Below are positions 11,647 through 24,502 of a stretch of 64,000 nucleotides of DNA, piece after piece. The position numbers were made by a program, and so were the translations under genes. The notes beneath the pieces are model-generated. The model did no database searches. It was given only the letters and a program-made list of their open reading frames with translations, and had not been told where the DNA came from. How positions within the stretch are numbered: position 1 is the stretch's first letter; each line of letters opens with the position of its first letter. This DNA is from Paraspadella gotoi (taxonomy: Eukaryota > Animalia > Chaetognatha), in contig CM119271.1 in assembly GCA_051294375.1 (NCBI GenBank), positions 10,407,427 to 10,471,426 of the forward strand, written 5' to 3'.

Positions 11647-12393
11647 ATGTGTTTACAAATCGGACCGGAACCCCTGAAGCTTGAAGAAATCGACAAAATA
11701 AACGCAACAATGATTTCTCTGGACAGAGACGGTGTCACGGAGAACAGCCTGTTTCATTCTTACCGATGGTGCGCCAAGCATCGGTTAATATCTAATTCAA
11801 AGCCGTGCCTCATTTGCCATAAGCCAATGCGACTTATACCGGATAAATTATGCTATGAATGGCGGTGCGTACCTTGCAAGCAGCGATGCTCGGTCCGAAA
11901 AAGCAGTTTTATGCATAACTCGAATTTACCACCTTGGAAACACATTTGGTTTTTATACTTCTGGAGTCAAGACTTGCCAATTACCAGTATCATTCACGAA
12001 ATAAATATTAGCGGTCATACCGGCATCTCATGGATAAAAAATGTCAGAAAAGTTTGCGCTTCTTACTTCTCTGATAATCGCACTCCAATCGGCGGCGTCG
12101 ACTCAAATGGAAATCCCAAAATTGTTGAGGTTGAGCTTTTTTATGACGAAAAACAGAAAATGAGATCGATTCTTTGTGGGGTAGAGAGGGATGACCCGAG
12201 AAACTGTTTCTTCGTTTTAATAGACAATAAATCTGAATCTTTAATTCCACTCTTAGTAGAAAATGTGTCTCCCCGCTCGATCATTTATTCTGACTCGATG
12301 AAAGCATTCGGGGACATTGCGTCAATTAATAAATTTAACTATCAGCATTTCTGTTTTGAAGAAAAACGTCTGATGAGTGTCAATGAGAACTAA
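11647..12393 (+). CDS. Merlin/IS1595 (ISXO2-like) transposase-derived protein, copy 1
   Basis: CxxC...WRCxxC Zn ribbon, SVRKSSF, WFLYFWS, PIGG...IVEVE, GVER..CFF, IIYSD...HF. The first catalytic DE motif is altered and the C-terminal motif is missing. Confidence 0.8.
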   Translation: MCLQIGPEPLKLEEIDKINATMISLDRDGVTENSLFHSYRWCAKHRLISNSKPCLICHKPMRLIPDKLCYEWRCVPCKQRCSVRKSSFMHNSNLPPWKHIWFLYFWSQDLPITSIIHEINISGHTGISWIKNVRKVCASYFSDNRTPIGGVDSNGNPKIVEVELFYDEKQKMRSILCGVERDDPRNCFFVLIDNKSESLIPLLVENVSPRSIIYSDSMKAFGDIASINKFNYQHFCFEEKRLMSVNEN

Positions 12394-12612
12394 AACTTGA
12401 AATGTGAGTCAAAAGGGCTATGAGCCTTAAATTAAATTTAGCAGCTTGCTTTTTATCGTCGCAATCGCAATCGCTTGCGCTTGCGACGATGGTCCCCATA
12501 AATGGCGTTCCACATTATAGATCGCCTTTTTTATAGTATTTCTAATTGTATGAAGCTGAAAATTTTTATACATATTCTCATCATTAAGGTCTTTGAAAAA
12601 TGATGAAGTTAT

Positions 12613-12864
12613 GGCAACAGCCGGGTTGCCTGTGATGCCCATTGGGATGTGGCATCTCGCTGTTGGCTTTAAGGGCCTCCGACCCTCAGTGACGCCTCCA
12701 GTCACTGGCGCGGTTACCCTAGGATGGTCTCGCTTTGCCAACGCAGAGGGAAGTCGTTAGGACTGTGGATGGAACACAACGCCTGGGATGGTGCGTTCAC
12801 CCTCTGAGCCAATGGTATTGGCTGAACGATAGTAGACGTGAGGCGGTGTGAATATACCGCCACA
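12613..12864 (-). ncRNA. tRNA-derived repeat family B copy 1 with type-P5 twister ribozyme fold (12662-12742)
   Basis: Minus strand: hairpin, A box TGGCTCAGAGG, B-box-like GTTCCATCC, then GUUGGC-AAA-GCGA-GA-CC-[P1]-UAA-CCGC-GC-CAGUGAC/GUCACUG-AGGG-UCGGAGGC-CCU-UAAA-GCCAAC. Confidence 0.65.
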
Positions 12865-13069
12865 AGGTGATATATTAAATATGAATTGTTTATATTTTAT
12901 AAACAAAATAAATTTTGCTGTAATATATAAATTAGCATATAGTATAGGAAAACAATTTTATTTCGTTTTTTTATTTAATTATATGTTGCTCTCTCTCTCT
13001 TTTTTTTTAGTCTCTTCCTCTTCTGATTCGTCCAAAAACGAGTTGAGCTCTGCAGCGGCTGGCTCTCAT

Positions 13070-13117
<48 letters not shown>

Positions 13118-13505
13118 TTGTTTTTTATTTAAAAAAAAAATTATCAGCATCGAACTTGTGATGTTAAGCATCGCAATCGCGCATGTTATCATTTTACCAT
13201 CGAAATACCTTTTTTCTTTCCCTCGTTTTCTCTCATTTTTTATTGTTTTTTAGATATTTATTTATAGTTATTTATTTATTTATATAGTAAACCAAGTTTG
13301 TTATGTATCTTAGTTTTCCTGTTTCAAATTTAATTTTTTGCGTTGAAAAGTTTATCATTGGTCCAGATTTTTTTATGCGATTTAGTCCTCTGACTCTTTG
13401 TTAAAGATTTATAAATTTTGTCTTTTAATGGCAATATGAAAAATAAATTTTATAATTAATTACAAAAATTCTAAATGAAAACTTTAATAAACACATATAA
13501 CAATA

Positions 13506-13690
13506 GTCGGGTTGCATCCCACTATAGGGGCTTTCGACCCTAAGAGGCGTCGCCTGCCACTGGCGCGGTTACCCTAGGACAGTCTCGCTTTGTTAGGACT
13601 GTAGATGGAACGTAACGTTTGGGATTGTGCGTTCCCCCTCTGAGCCAATGAGATTGGCTGAAAGTGAGGTGGGGTGAATATACCGCCACA
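13506..13690 (-). ncRNA. tRNA-derived repeat family B copy 2 (twister core partly deleted)
   Basis: Colinear with 12613-12864. P4/L4 reads AGGG-UCGAAAGC-CCCU; P5 is lost and P3 is degraded. Confidence 0.6.
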
Positions 13691-13837
13691 CACACTTATT
13701 AAACAAACAAATCGTTTTCAGTGTAATGTTTTTAAGAAAATTATATTTTCCCCTTAATATTTTTAAATAATACTCATTAACACTTATCGGAATAACAAAG
13801 AAAACTCATTTGCTAACACTCAAACCCTTAAAAACCT

Positions 13838-16800
13838 TTGGGGACGCTTTCTCTCCCGATCTATCCTCATTCGGGGGTTTAACACGAATTATTTTGAAGA
13901 TTACCTTTATGAATTTATTTTTAAAACTCATTATCCTTTTCCTTCGACATTTGGCAGTCTTTTATTTTGGATAGGCCATTACTACCCAGTGTAATTATAT
14001 TTATTCATTGGACGCAAAAAGGTCGGCTCAGTTAAAGCTATTAATTTTTATAAATTATTTTATATTATTCCATTTCTTGTGATACCAGTTTTTTTTAATG
14101 AAGAATGAAATTTTTTTTCAAGATTTAACTTTAAGTGCTCTTTTTTTAATACAACTAAAAAAATACCTTAGTTATATATTTAAGAGAATTTTTATTTCCA
14201 AAATGTTTTTCAATTTTCAAAATATCATTCATGATATTGAAGCAGTTTTCACTTTATAAGTATTGCGCTGCCACGGATTTTTATTCGCGTAATAACGCGA
14301 TTGTTTTCTGGCCAGTTTCCATCCAGCTTATTATTATAAATAAAGTTGTCATCTAAATTACGCGTTTTCGGAATGAATGAAAGATAAGAAATAAGAAGAA
14401 AAATAAAAAAGGCAAGACGAAAAAGAGTATAAGGCGGAGACTGGAAAGAAGAAAATAGGGACTACTGGACTGCTATTGAACGCTGGATAAACCGTCTTTT
14501 TTAATAAACATTGCCATTAAAAATTTATTTTAAATCAGTTTGTGCATTAAGATCACCGAACGGAAAAACCTGGTCTGCAAATGTACAATTTTACCGTCCC
14601 AGAAAAATGTAGACGATAAAATCGTTGAGCTCATTTGTAAATTAATTCGACGGAAAATCAGATATGAATTTACAAATAGGGCCGAAGCCGCTGGAGCTTA
14701 AAGAAATCGCCGAGACAAACGCAACAATGATATCTCTGGACAGGGACGGAGTCACAGAGGATAGCCCGATTTTTACCTTACAATGGTGCGCAAAGCGTCG
14801 ATTAATATCCAATTCAAAATTATGCCCCTCATGCCGGAATGCAATGTCCCTCAATAGAAGACAAAAAACTGGTTATTTTTGGCGTTGTTTTTCCTGCAAA
14901 AAAAAAAGTGTAAGCGGTATTAAGAATAATAGTTTTTTCGATAGTACGAATTCACCACTTTGGAAACACATTTGGTTTTTATACTACTGGAGTCAAAGTA
15001 TGTCAGCCAGAAATATTATTTACGAACTCGGCATTGACTCAAAATCAGCCTGTGCCTGGACACAAAACGTCAGAAAAATTTGCGCAACTTACTGCGTTGA
15101 TTCGTGTAACCCAATCGGCGGCGTTGATTCTCATGGAAATCCCAAAATCGTTGAGCTCGAGCTGTTTTTTCACAAAAAAAAGAAACTGCGACGAATTCTT
15201 GGTGGAATAGAAAGGGATGACCCGCGAAACTGCTTCTTTGTTGTCCTGGATGACAAAGACGAAACTTTGTTTCCAATTATCATGGAAAATGTGGCTCCTT
15301 CCTCCATCGTTTGCTCAGATTCATCAAAAAGTTTCACGGACATTGCCTCAATTGCAAAATATGATTATCGGCATTACTGCTTTGGAAGTAAAGGTTTTGT
15401 CCAATTGGTGTTATTGTATAGTTGATAGTCATAATAAAATTATAGATCAGCCCGTTTAAAGCTCTTGAAAATAGCAAGACCAGTATGAAATGATGCAAGT
15501 TAGCCTGGCGTAGTGTATGCAGCCATAAAAAAAAAATCGGTGATTGAAATCGTCATCTCTGAACAGGTTATATGAAACATAGTTTTCTTCATATATTAAA
15601 AAAAAATCAATGTAAAATATTTGGTAGTTAGGATATGTCTAAATATAGAATAATTTAAAAAAATTAATTTGTGAACTTATAATAGTCCAATTCTATAAAC
15701 CATTTTATCCATTTTATTTCATCTTAGAATACTGATTTATAAAAAATTATCCAAAAAAATTGAATCCTTTCTTCTTTCCATACATTTATTTGTTTGTCTA
15801 TCCAATTGTAACTTTAACTTATTATTACATTTCCGTAAATTGATGGATTGATCTAAAATTTTATGTATGGCCATAAAAAAGGTTGATTGAGCTTAATCTT
15901 AAGTTTGGACAAAATCATTCTGGTAAAAATAATTAAATAAAAAAATAAAATAATAATTTTAATTATTTATTTTTTATTTTAAAAAGTAAAAATATATAAT
16001 AATAATAATAAGTATAAACATAATAACAATAATGACTTTTTCTTTTTGTCACTCAATATCCCTTTTTATTTTTTTATCTTTTTTTCTTTTAATCTATTTC
16101 TCATTTTCTTTTTTGATCTTTTATTTTTAATTTACCTTTTTTTCAAGCTCCTTACTTTTTATATTTTTACCATTCTAATTCATCTCCTCTATCTTTATAC
16201 ATTCATGTGAGCTTTGTTTTATTCTTAAAAGTATAAATATTAACTTAAATAAAAAAAATATTAATTTTTTTAAAAAAAATCAGAAATACAGGAATAAGGA
16301 ATACAGGAATACAATAAAAAAATAAAGTCAAATCTTGAAAAAGTAGGAAAAAATTTGTCATTTTAGTTTTCAAATTGATTGATTTAAAGTATTATTTATG
16401 TAAAGCTTTAAGTTTGGCTTACAGATTAAAAAATATGATAAAAATTTGTATGGGTAGGCTTTGCCACGTTGACTTGCATCGTGGCGTATCGCTTTTTACC
16501 TTTCAAATGAGTTACCTTGTAGTTTATTATTTTAACAAAAAAGCTATAAAAAGTGAAATTAATTCTCAGATTTACAAAAGTTGTAAACTTTACTATTAAT
16601 CACTTTTTTTAAAAAATGTTTTGTAGTAATGTTTTCTTTTTTACTCATTAACACCAATGGGTCAGACAAAGAAAATACCTTTGCCCACACACAAACTTTG
16701 AAAAATGTTTGGGGACAGTTTCTCTCCCTCTCGATCCTCCATTGGGGTGTTCAAACGAGATATTTTGAAGATTACCTTCATGAATTTATTTTCAAAACTC

Positions 16801-16860
16801 ATTATCCTTTTCCCTCGACATTTGGCAGTCTCTTATTTTGGATTAGCCATTATTATCCTG
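13838..16860 (+). repeat. Direct repeat of about 150 bp (13838-13990 and 16708-16860)
   Basis: TTTGGGGAC..TTTCTCTCC...TATTTTGAAGATTACCTT.ATGAATTTATTTT.AAAACTCATTATCCTTTTCC.TCGACATTTGGCAGTC occurs twice. Confidence 0.8.
14664..15425 (+). CDS. Merlin/IS1595 (ISXO2-like) transposase-derived protein, copy 2
   Basis: Colinear paralogue of 11647-12393 (LQIGP.PL.L.EI...NATMISLDRDGVTE; IVELEL). Confidence 0.8.
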   Translation: MNLQIGPKPLELKEIAETNATMISLDRDGVTEDSPIFTLQWCAKRRLISNSKLCPSCRNAMSLNRRQKTGYFWRCFSCKKKSVSGIKNNSFFDSTNSPLWKHIWFLYYWSQSMSARNIIYELGIDSKSACAWTQNVRKICATYCVDSCNPIGGVDSHGNPKIVELELFFHKKKKLRRILGGIERDDPRNCFFVVLDDKDETLFPIIMENVAPSSIVCSDSSKSFTDIASIAKYDYRHYCFGSKGFVQLVLLYS

Positions 16861-17480
16861 TTTAAGACTAAGTGATTTCGAAATCTGACGGAAATCCTCA
16901 GCATTAAAGTCTAAATCTAAAAGAATTTCGATATTTGTTCCTTGCCCCAGTTTCTCTTATTCTATGGCCTTCGTCTTTAGTTATCCTTGCTGAAGAGCTC
17001 CAAAAATTAATAAATGTCCACTTCAAGGGTTTGAAAAGCTTTTTTAAGGGAATAGTAAATGCGCTAATGCAATGGAGGAAGTTTAAAACTGTTTCAAGTT
17101 TTAGCGAGAAAATAAATTCACGAATTTGTGGAAACTCTCTTGGTCTTTTGCCTTTGTAGGGTGAAGTGATGAATCGAGAAATTTGAAACGACGATTGTGG
17201 TCTGGTCGTTTTTTTTATAAACTTTCAGCCTAAGCAACCTTGATCAAATTAAATCAAACTGTGTGGACGCAAGTGGTTTGTCCACAACTGTGTATTTTAT
17301 TTAAAACTTCTGTGAACTCCTGATTGTTATTCTATTGATTTATGAATTTTCTTGAAGTTAAGTTTAAGGGTTTCGTTCATTGTCATATATTTCTTTCACG
17401 ACTGTTGCGTTGTTTGTGTATTAATTATTAATTTTCTACTTTTTAAAAGAAAAATCCCAGATAATTTATTAGAAAAAAAA

Positions 17481-17826
17481 ATGGGTGCGGCGGCGCCTTT
17501 CTTTTTGATGACGCTGATGTGGGCGGGCATTGGATGCGTCGCCCCTTTTTTCTTGCCCAAGGAGAGTCCCAATCGGGGAATGCTGCAGGTAGGGTATTTG
17601 TGTTGGGTGGGGTCGCCTATAATCCAAAAGGGGGAGAAAAGTTTAGGCATTAAAAATGTCTCAATTTATTTATTTTTTTTCTTTTTCATTGAAGTTGATG
17701 CTGGCGCTCTCCGCTTTTTGCTGTTACGTATTTTGGCTGGGAACGTTCTTGTTCCAGCTCAATCCGCTCTTCGGTCCTCAGATCGACACGACCACCTTGA
17801 GAACCATCAAGTGGAAGTGGAGTTAA
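17481..17826 (+). CDS. ATP6V0E: V-ATPase V0 subunit e (exons 17481-17588 and 17695-17826)
   Basis: PFFLPKESPNRGMLQ|LMLALSAFCCYVFWLGTFLFQLNPLFGPQI. Confidence 0.92.
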
Positions 17827-18140
17827 AACCTCCAGACCTTTGGTTAACTTTATTTAATAAGTCTAAGAAAAGATTCTATAGTATTAATTAGTATTATTAT
17901 TTTTGTGTTCAATTTTGCCGTTATTTCTTGATCCTGTGGCGATTTTTTTGTTCCGTTTATTTTTATGCGTTTATTATTTTATTCCTGACGATCTCAATCA
18001 TTTCGTTTTTAATCATTCACGTATATTTTCCTCTACACTCACCGCCATATCGTCTTACGTCAACCAAAAGAGTCTCGTGATTTTAATATTATTAATCCGC
18101 TTTTATTCTATCAAGTCTTCATAAAAAAAAGTAAAACACA

Positions 18141-19562
18141 ATGTCCCTCCAAGAGATCACCAACGACTCTCAGTTCCTCCCTTCCCTCCAAAACGCCGGC
18201 GACAAACTGGCGGTGGTCGACTTCACGGCGTCGTGGTGCGGCCCGTGTCGCACCATCGCCCCCTTCTACGCCCAACTTCCCGCCAAGTACCCCGACGCCG
18301 TCTTCCTCAAGGTCGACGTCGACGTGTGTCCAGAGACGGCAGCGTCGCAGGGCGTCCAGGCGATGCCCACCTTCATCTTTTACCGGAACTGCGCCAAGTT
18401 GGAGTCGATGCGGGGCGCCAATCCCGCCGCGCTGGAAGAGAAGGTTAGAAAAGGTTGGGGTGTGGGGGAGAAGTGGAAGGATAAAGTTTAGGATGGATTG
18501 AGGGCCGAAAGAACTTTGAAGGATCCATGGAAACTGATATTATCCCAACCAACGAGATTTAAGACTCAGCACAGCGATTCTTCTTTATTTTTTTTTATCG
18601 ATTCTCAACTTCACTTGGCAGATTCGACAACTGCTCGGCGTTGAAACCCCCTCGGCCAACGGTGACGCCGGCGACGACTGCCCGGTTTCCGGCCACAAGT
18701 TCCTCAATACCGAAGTGAGTTCCGCGGCATCGGAGTGTCTCAACGAGAGCGACGAACATCCGCTCGCCCATTGCCTCACCGAAAAGGGCGGCTACCTCGC
18801 CTCGGATTGTGACGAGCAGCTCATTCTCTCGTTAGCTTTTAATCAGGTGAGGGACACTGGATGGTTTTCTTGCCGTGTAGTCGGCTGATCTTTTGTTTTC
18901 TCTATTTTTCTTGTATTCGTGTATTTTTTATCCTTCAACACAGTGTGTATCCTAAACGATATATTGATTTATTGGCGATGACTTTTTTCATTCCTCCGGC
19001 GGCTTTGTCTTCATTCTCATTCCTTTTTTCATATTCCCGATAGCTTGGTCATTTCTTCGAAACCTTCCGTTATTTGTCACTCATACAACGTTTTCCCTCC
19101 CAGGCGATGAAGATTCACTCGCTGATCTTCAAAGCGCCAGAAGACAAAGGACCGAAAACCGTGAAGATCTTCATCAATCAACCGTCGACGCTGGACTTCG
19201 ACAAGGCCGAGGGATACGAGCCCACGCAGCACTTGGCTCTTACTCCGGAGGATGTCAAGGTTGTGGGGGAATGCGACTTTGTGTTTCAACTATTTATTTT
19301 TGTCAAATTAGTGTGCTGAAAAGAGATTTATGACGAAACAAACAAATTTTATCCAGTCTTTCTCCCCACTAAGGGCGCCGTGGTCAATCTCCGTTTCGTG
19401 AAATTTCAAAACGTCTCCAACCTGACGATCTTCGTCAAGGACAACCAAAGCGGCGGCGACGAGACGCAACTGGATTATCTCGGAATCATCGGTTCTCCCG
19501 TCCAAGTCACCAACATGCAAGACTTTAAACGCGTCGCCGGAAAGAAGGGAGAGGCGCACTGA
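18141..19562 (+). CDS. TXNL1: Thioredoxin-like protein 1 (Trx + PITH domains), 4 exons
   Basis: WCGPC active site; ECLNESDEH, SDCDEQLI, GPKTVKIFINQP, LRFVKFQNV; ends RVAGKKGEAH. Confidence 0.95.
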
Positions 19563-20057
19563 ATGGAACCGAGGATGATGGAAACTCGGAAACGGGGAAA
19601 TGGAATGGATTGTTACTTCGTTTTTTTTGTTTTTTTTTGTTTCGTTTTTCTATCGCGCGTGTTAGTCCGGAGTTGTTCGTTGAATCTGGAGAGTGTAGCT
19701 CCTTTTGAAGAGACGCGCGAAGTTCTTTTTTTTTTCTATCTCTCTCTACCTTTTTTTTTCTCCCCCTGCCAAATTTTTTTTATAGTTTCGTCTATTGACG
19801 AAACGACAATAAGTATCTGCTGTAATTTAATTTTAAAGCCATTTTAGCCGGAAGGCCCGAATTCCAATAAATGTTAGGATAATTTACCGTACGCTTAAGC
19901 CTAAATTTAATATTTTAGCTCGCGTCTCTTACGCTTAATAAACAAATTAAACATTCATACCCGGACTTAAAAAAAAAACAAACAAAAACAATGAACCGTC
20001 GGTGCATGCGGGTGACGCGTCGGCGACGCAACCGCGATCCCGGGATTTAGCGTTTCG

Positions 20058-23000
20058 ATGGTCCCGCCCCTCGACGCCGGCGGCGGCGCGGATCATCTCC
20101 CCCGATCTCGACGAATCATGTGGCGATGGAATATGTGGAAGGGACTCCTCGACGGCCGCGCCGTCTCCGCGGCGAGAATCGTCGTTTTCGTCGTCGCCGC
20201 CGTCGCGTATCCGACCTCGCCCTACGTCGCTTCGTTGATTCTCGCTCTCAACCGTAAGTAAAACGCGTGTATTATCATTGGCAGTAACATTTCTCCTTCT
20301 TTCGTAAACATCAATGGAAAAAATTCAAAAAGTCGATCAAGTTCAGAATAATTGTAGGGCTGAATATCTTAAGTGTAACATTATTCCATTACCAATCTTC
20401 AGAGAACTCTAGGTTAGGCTTTTATTACAAAATTTAGTAAATTTACTATATTTTCTTAATTCGAATAAAATTTTCTTCCCTCAATAGGACTTTTTTGCCA
20501 AAAGGAATTCTAGTGATATTTAGGCAAATACAATCATAATATGTAACCTTGACCTGACTTGTAAAGTTTTAACTTGTTTTAAAATACAGTAATATGAAAT
20601 TGGTACAACCAATATAAAAATTATCCATTCATTTAATAAATAAGCTATCTTGCCCCTGACTTTGGACAGGCTTTGGTGGTTTAAGGCCTCCATCACTCTT
20701 ACAAGATAATGACATAGCAGGTCCCTGCAAGCTTTCAATCAAGACTCTCTCACAGTCTCGTTTATTCACTCCCAGAGATTTTAGTTTCACATCTAGTAAT
20801 TAATACTTTTTCTAATTAGCTTAGCATTTGCTCTTAAATTTTAACCGTTGATCGCTACTTCCTGCAACGTTCCTTCCAGTCGGCGTCACCATTTTTTCCT
20901 ACGTCCTCACGCCTTTCGTCCACTTGCCTTCCCTCTGGCCCTTCGACGATCCCTCCTCGACGAGCTCATCCCGTAAAGTCGATGACGACGACGAAGTCTC
21001 GTGCGGCGTCTGCGGGAAAGGCGCCTGCGCGCGCCACCGCGCCGACCTCGACCCGGCGACGATTCAACCCTGGCTCGGTCTCCTTTTACACGCCCGCGTC
21101 GACGAGGCGCTCGAGGAGATCGGCGAACTGCTCCTCCGCGATTCGGTGCAGCCCTGGTACCAAGAAGTCTCCTCCGACCCAGACTTCGTCGACGAACTCC
21201 GAGCCATACTTCGCCACGTCGTCGCCATAGCCATCAGGCGCCTGACAAAGACCGCCTGGTCGCCCTTTATTCTGCGGGACTTGGTCAAGGAGGGCGTCAG
21301 GCATCTGGGAAACTTTGTAGATGCTCGATCGAGGTCTTCGGGTCCCGGACGGCAGGAGGAGGGATCCCCGAAGAGGGACGTGCAGCTTTCTGCACTATCT
21401 CGTCTCGGGAATTACATGCACACGGCGGGTGTGTTTCGAAGAGCGTGCGCACCTTTCTTAAGAAGTTATTATTAACAATTATTTTTTATTAATTTCAGTT
21501 CGAAGTCGAGAATCCGAAATCAAATATTTAACGAATTTGGTGGATTCGCTGCTGCCGCTGCTGCTGCCGCGAGCGGCGAAGGACAACCGTTGCGTCAACG
21601 CGCTCGTCAGAGAAATTCTAGGTTCGCTTTTTTTCTCGAGTGGGGGATAGGGGAGCTTGAAAATAATTTTAAAGAATGATATTTCAATTTATATTTATTC
21701 AGTCACGAAATGCGTTCTCCCATTGATGGATGTACTCGCCGATCCCGACGTTCTCAACTATTTAGGTTTGAGAAAAATAATGCTTGTATCTTATTTCGAC
21801 TCTTTTTACGACACGCCTCCTTTCGGTATTCCTTCAGCGATTGTGATATTGGACAAGGATCCGCCCCCGGTCTTCACCGGCGACCCCTCTTCCAAAACGA
21901 CCATTTTGACTCGCTTCTCTTCTCCGCGTCAAAATCAAGCTCATATCACGACCTTGAGGTTAGCTACATCTCGAAGGTCGGGGCCCTTTATTTGCTCTTC
22001 TCGAAACCGTTGTTCTTCTTTTCAGATACTCTCTCGATCAAGTCATGGATAATCCCTCCCTTCTTTATTACTTTATGCAATTCCTCAAGAGCGAAGCCTC
22101 GGTTCACGTTCTTCAATTTTGCACGACTGTCCAGGTTTAATGATCAGTGGGAGACAAGTTCTTCACAGTTCAAACTCACCTCTTCCCCCCCCCACAGGAA
22201 CTCAACACTCACCTGTTAAATCCCGACCTCTCCGTCGAGGACTCGACGACTCTGCACCGAGACGCGCGCGCACTTTACGAAGGCTTCATCGCCGTCGACG
22301 CTGTCAACCGCATCGCCTTCGACGAGGACATCGTGGAAGAGGTGCGCCGCATCGTCGAAGGCCCCACCGAAGGCATCGTGGGCTTGAGGAGGACGAATGC
22401 CCTTTTCAGGTGGGTCGCTTTTCTGCGTTTTCTTCACTCTTATCAGCGACTTATCTTTTTCAATCCCTCCGCTTTCTCTCCACAGGGCCTACGAACACGC
22501 CTACACGGATTTACTGGAGAACACGTTCTTGCCTCTCTTCCATCAGAGCGACCACTATTTCCGAATGTTGTGCGGAGAACGAGAGGTGGATCGGAAAAAC
22601 CGCCCGCCGTCCAACCTGGCCGCCACTCGGCGAAATCTTAACCATTTCGTGCCAAAGGGGGGCGCGTCCAGACTTGGCAATCGAATCAGGGGCGTGTTCA
22701 AGACCGTCGCTGATGAAGGTTACTGATGGTGACAGAATAAAAAATGATATAAATTAATGAATAAATTAATCGATGAATTAAAATTGTAATTAATGTTTCG
22801 TTATTTCGTGTTTTTTTCATCAGTGGATTTCGTCGACACGATCGAGGGCGGCGTGGAACCGACGAGTCTCTTCGACGACGCCGACGATGAAGTCGAAGCC
22901 GCCGATGACTTCGATTTCGGACGCGGATCCTCGTCGCACGATCTCTCCACTTGGCGCGTCACGATCCCCTCCGTCGCCGAGGCTCCTTCGGGTACTAACT

Positions 23001-24502
23001 TGCTCATTCCTAATGTAATTATAATTATTTTTTTTAAATTAGAATTAATATACTTTCTCTAGCGGAGGATTCCAACAAGTTCGAGTGCATCCTCAACATC
23101 GAGGTTCACCGCGTCGACTGTTGCGACTCTGACACCATTCCTCAGCACTGGGAAGTCGGCCGCAAGTACGAAGAGTTCCACGTGCTGCAGAGCAAGTTAG
23201 CCGAGTTCCACGGCGAACTGGAAGGATGCCGACTGTCGGCCAAAAAGGCCTTCGGCACCAAGGACCTGGATTTCATCGAAAGGAGCCGATCGGAACTGGA
23301 GTCCTTCCTCCAGTCGTTGCTGCTGCAACCGACGCTCAAAAACTCTCAACTCCTCCGCACTTTTTTGTCCGCCGACGTCGAAGGAAATCCATTCGCGTCC
23401 TCCGTCTTTCCCGAGATAAACATCGGAAAGGTTAATGGGGCTCCCACTTCCTATCCTATCTATCCAATTCTTTCCGTCACAATCGCATTCTATCCCCACG
23501 TTCTATCTCATCGGCAGGTATTTCGAAAAGTCCCGTCCAAATTGATCAAAGAAAAAGGTCAGCATTTGAACGCGTTTCTTCATTCCTTCGCTTACTCCAC
23601 GGATATAAATTCTTCGCAAGTAAGTTTTTTAAAGAGAATTGAATTTGTTTTCATTTTTTCTCTTATCGTCCTCTCGTTCTCAAAAGGTCCTATTGCCTTC
23701 CCGTTCCAACGTGACCCATCCTGGTTTGGCCTCTCGTCAAATGTCCCGCGCGGGATCCTCCACGTCCCTCAACTCATTAAGCGCCAAAGACTCCAAAGAA
23801 TCCAAAGAAGCTAAAGACTCCAAAGACTCTGGCGAACCTTGGACCAAGTCCTCCCTTTCCGCGGACACCCAGTCGGACTCCCCGCCTCCCCGTTTTTCGT
23901 CTCACCCTCTTTTCGGCAATCTTGCCGACATCCCGGATTCGTGCTTCCCGCCTCCACCCCTTCGCTTCCGCTCGGCCAACCTCCATCCCCGCTCGCCCTC
24001 TTCGACCGTCGACTCGCGGGAGCCAGAGTCTCCCGTCGACTTTGTTCTTTTCTGCTGTCGTCGCGTCTTCCGCCTGCCGCGTTTGCTGATGACGATTCTT
24101 CACGGAGCGGAACTCCTCGCGCGTCGCACGCTTGAAGCTTTTCTGGTCTGGTTTCTTTCAAAGAAGCTCGACCAGATTATGGAGGAGCGGCGGATGGAGG
24201 ATATTCTCCACGATCTGCGGGACGTGCTTTTCTTCGACGAGGATCCTCCGCGGACGACGAGAATGAAGAACGAAAGGCGGGAGCGCCTTTTTAAGGAAAT
24301 GATCCATTTCTTGCCGTCTTGGGTGAGCGCGATCGTGGGAAACAACAGGATCTACGAAGGATGGAAGGTGGTCTTCGACTGCCTCCAACGGCCTGTGCTC
24401 AACAAGCAACTCGTTTACTGCCTCCTCGACATCGCGTTGGCGCAAGTCTTTCCCGAACTCAACTCGCGGTTTCAGGAGGAGGAGGTCGTCGCCGATTTGT
24501 GA
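20058..24502 (+). CDS. SNX14: Sorting nexin 14-like (PXA-RGS-PX-Nexin_C), multi-exon
   Basis: N-terminal TM segment; CGVCGKGACARHR; PXA PWYQEVSSDPDFVDELR; RGS LFHQSDHY; PX RKYEEFHVLQSKLAEFHG; LIKEKGQHL; LQRPVLNKQLVYCLLDI..VFPEL. Start ATG is uncertain (20058 or 20118). Confidence 0.9.

Noticed and set aside
20591-20672. Short matches to 37860-37900 (direct) and 29547-29571 (inverted)
   Set aside because: These are fragments of dispersed repeats too short to classify.
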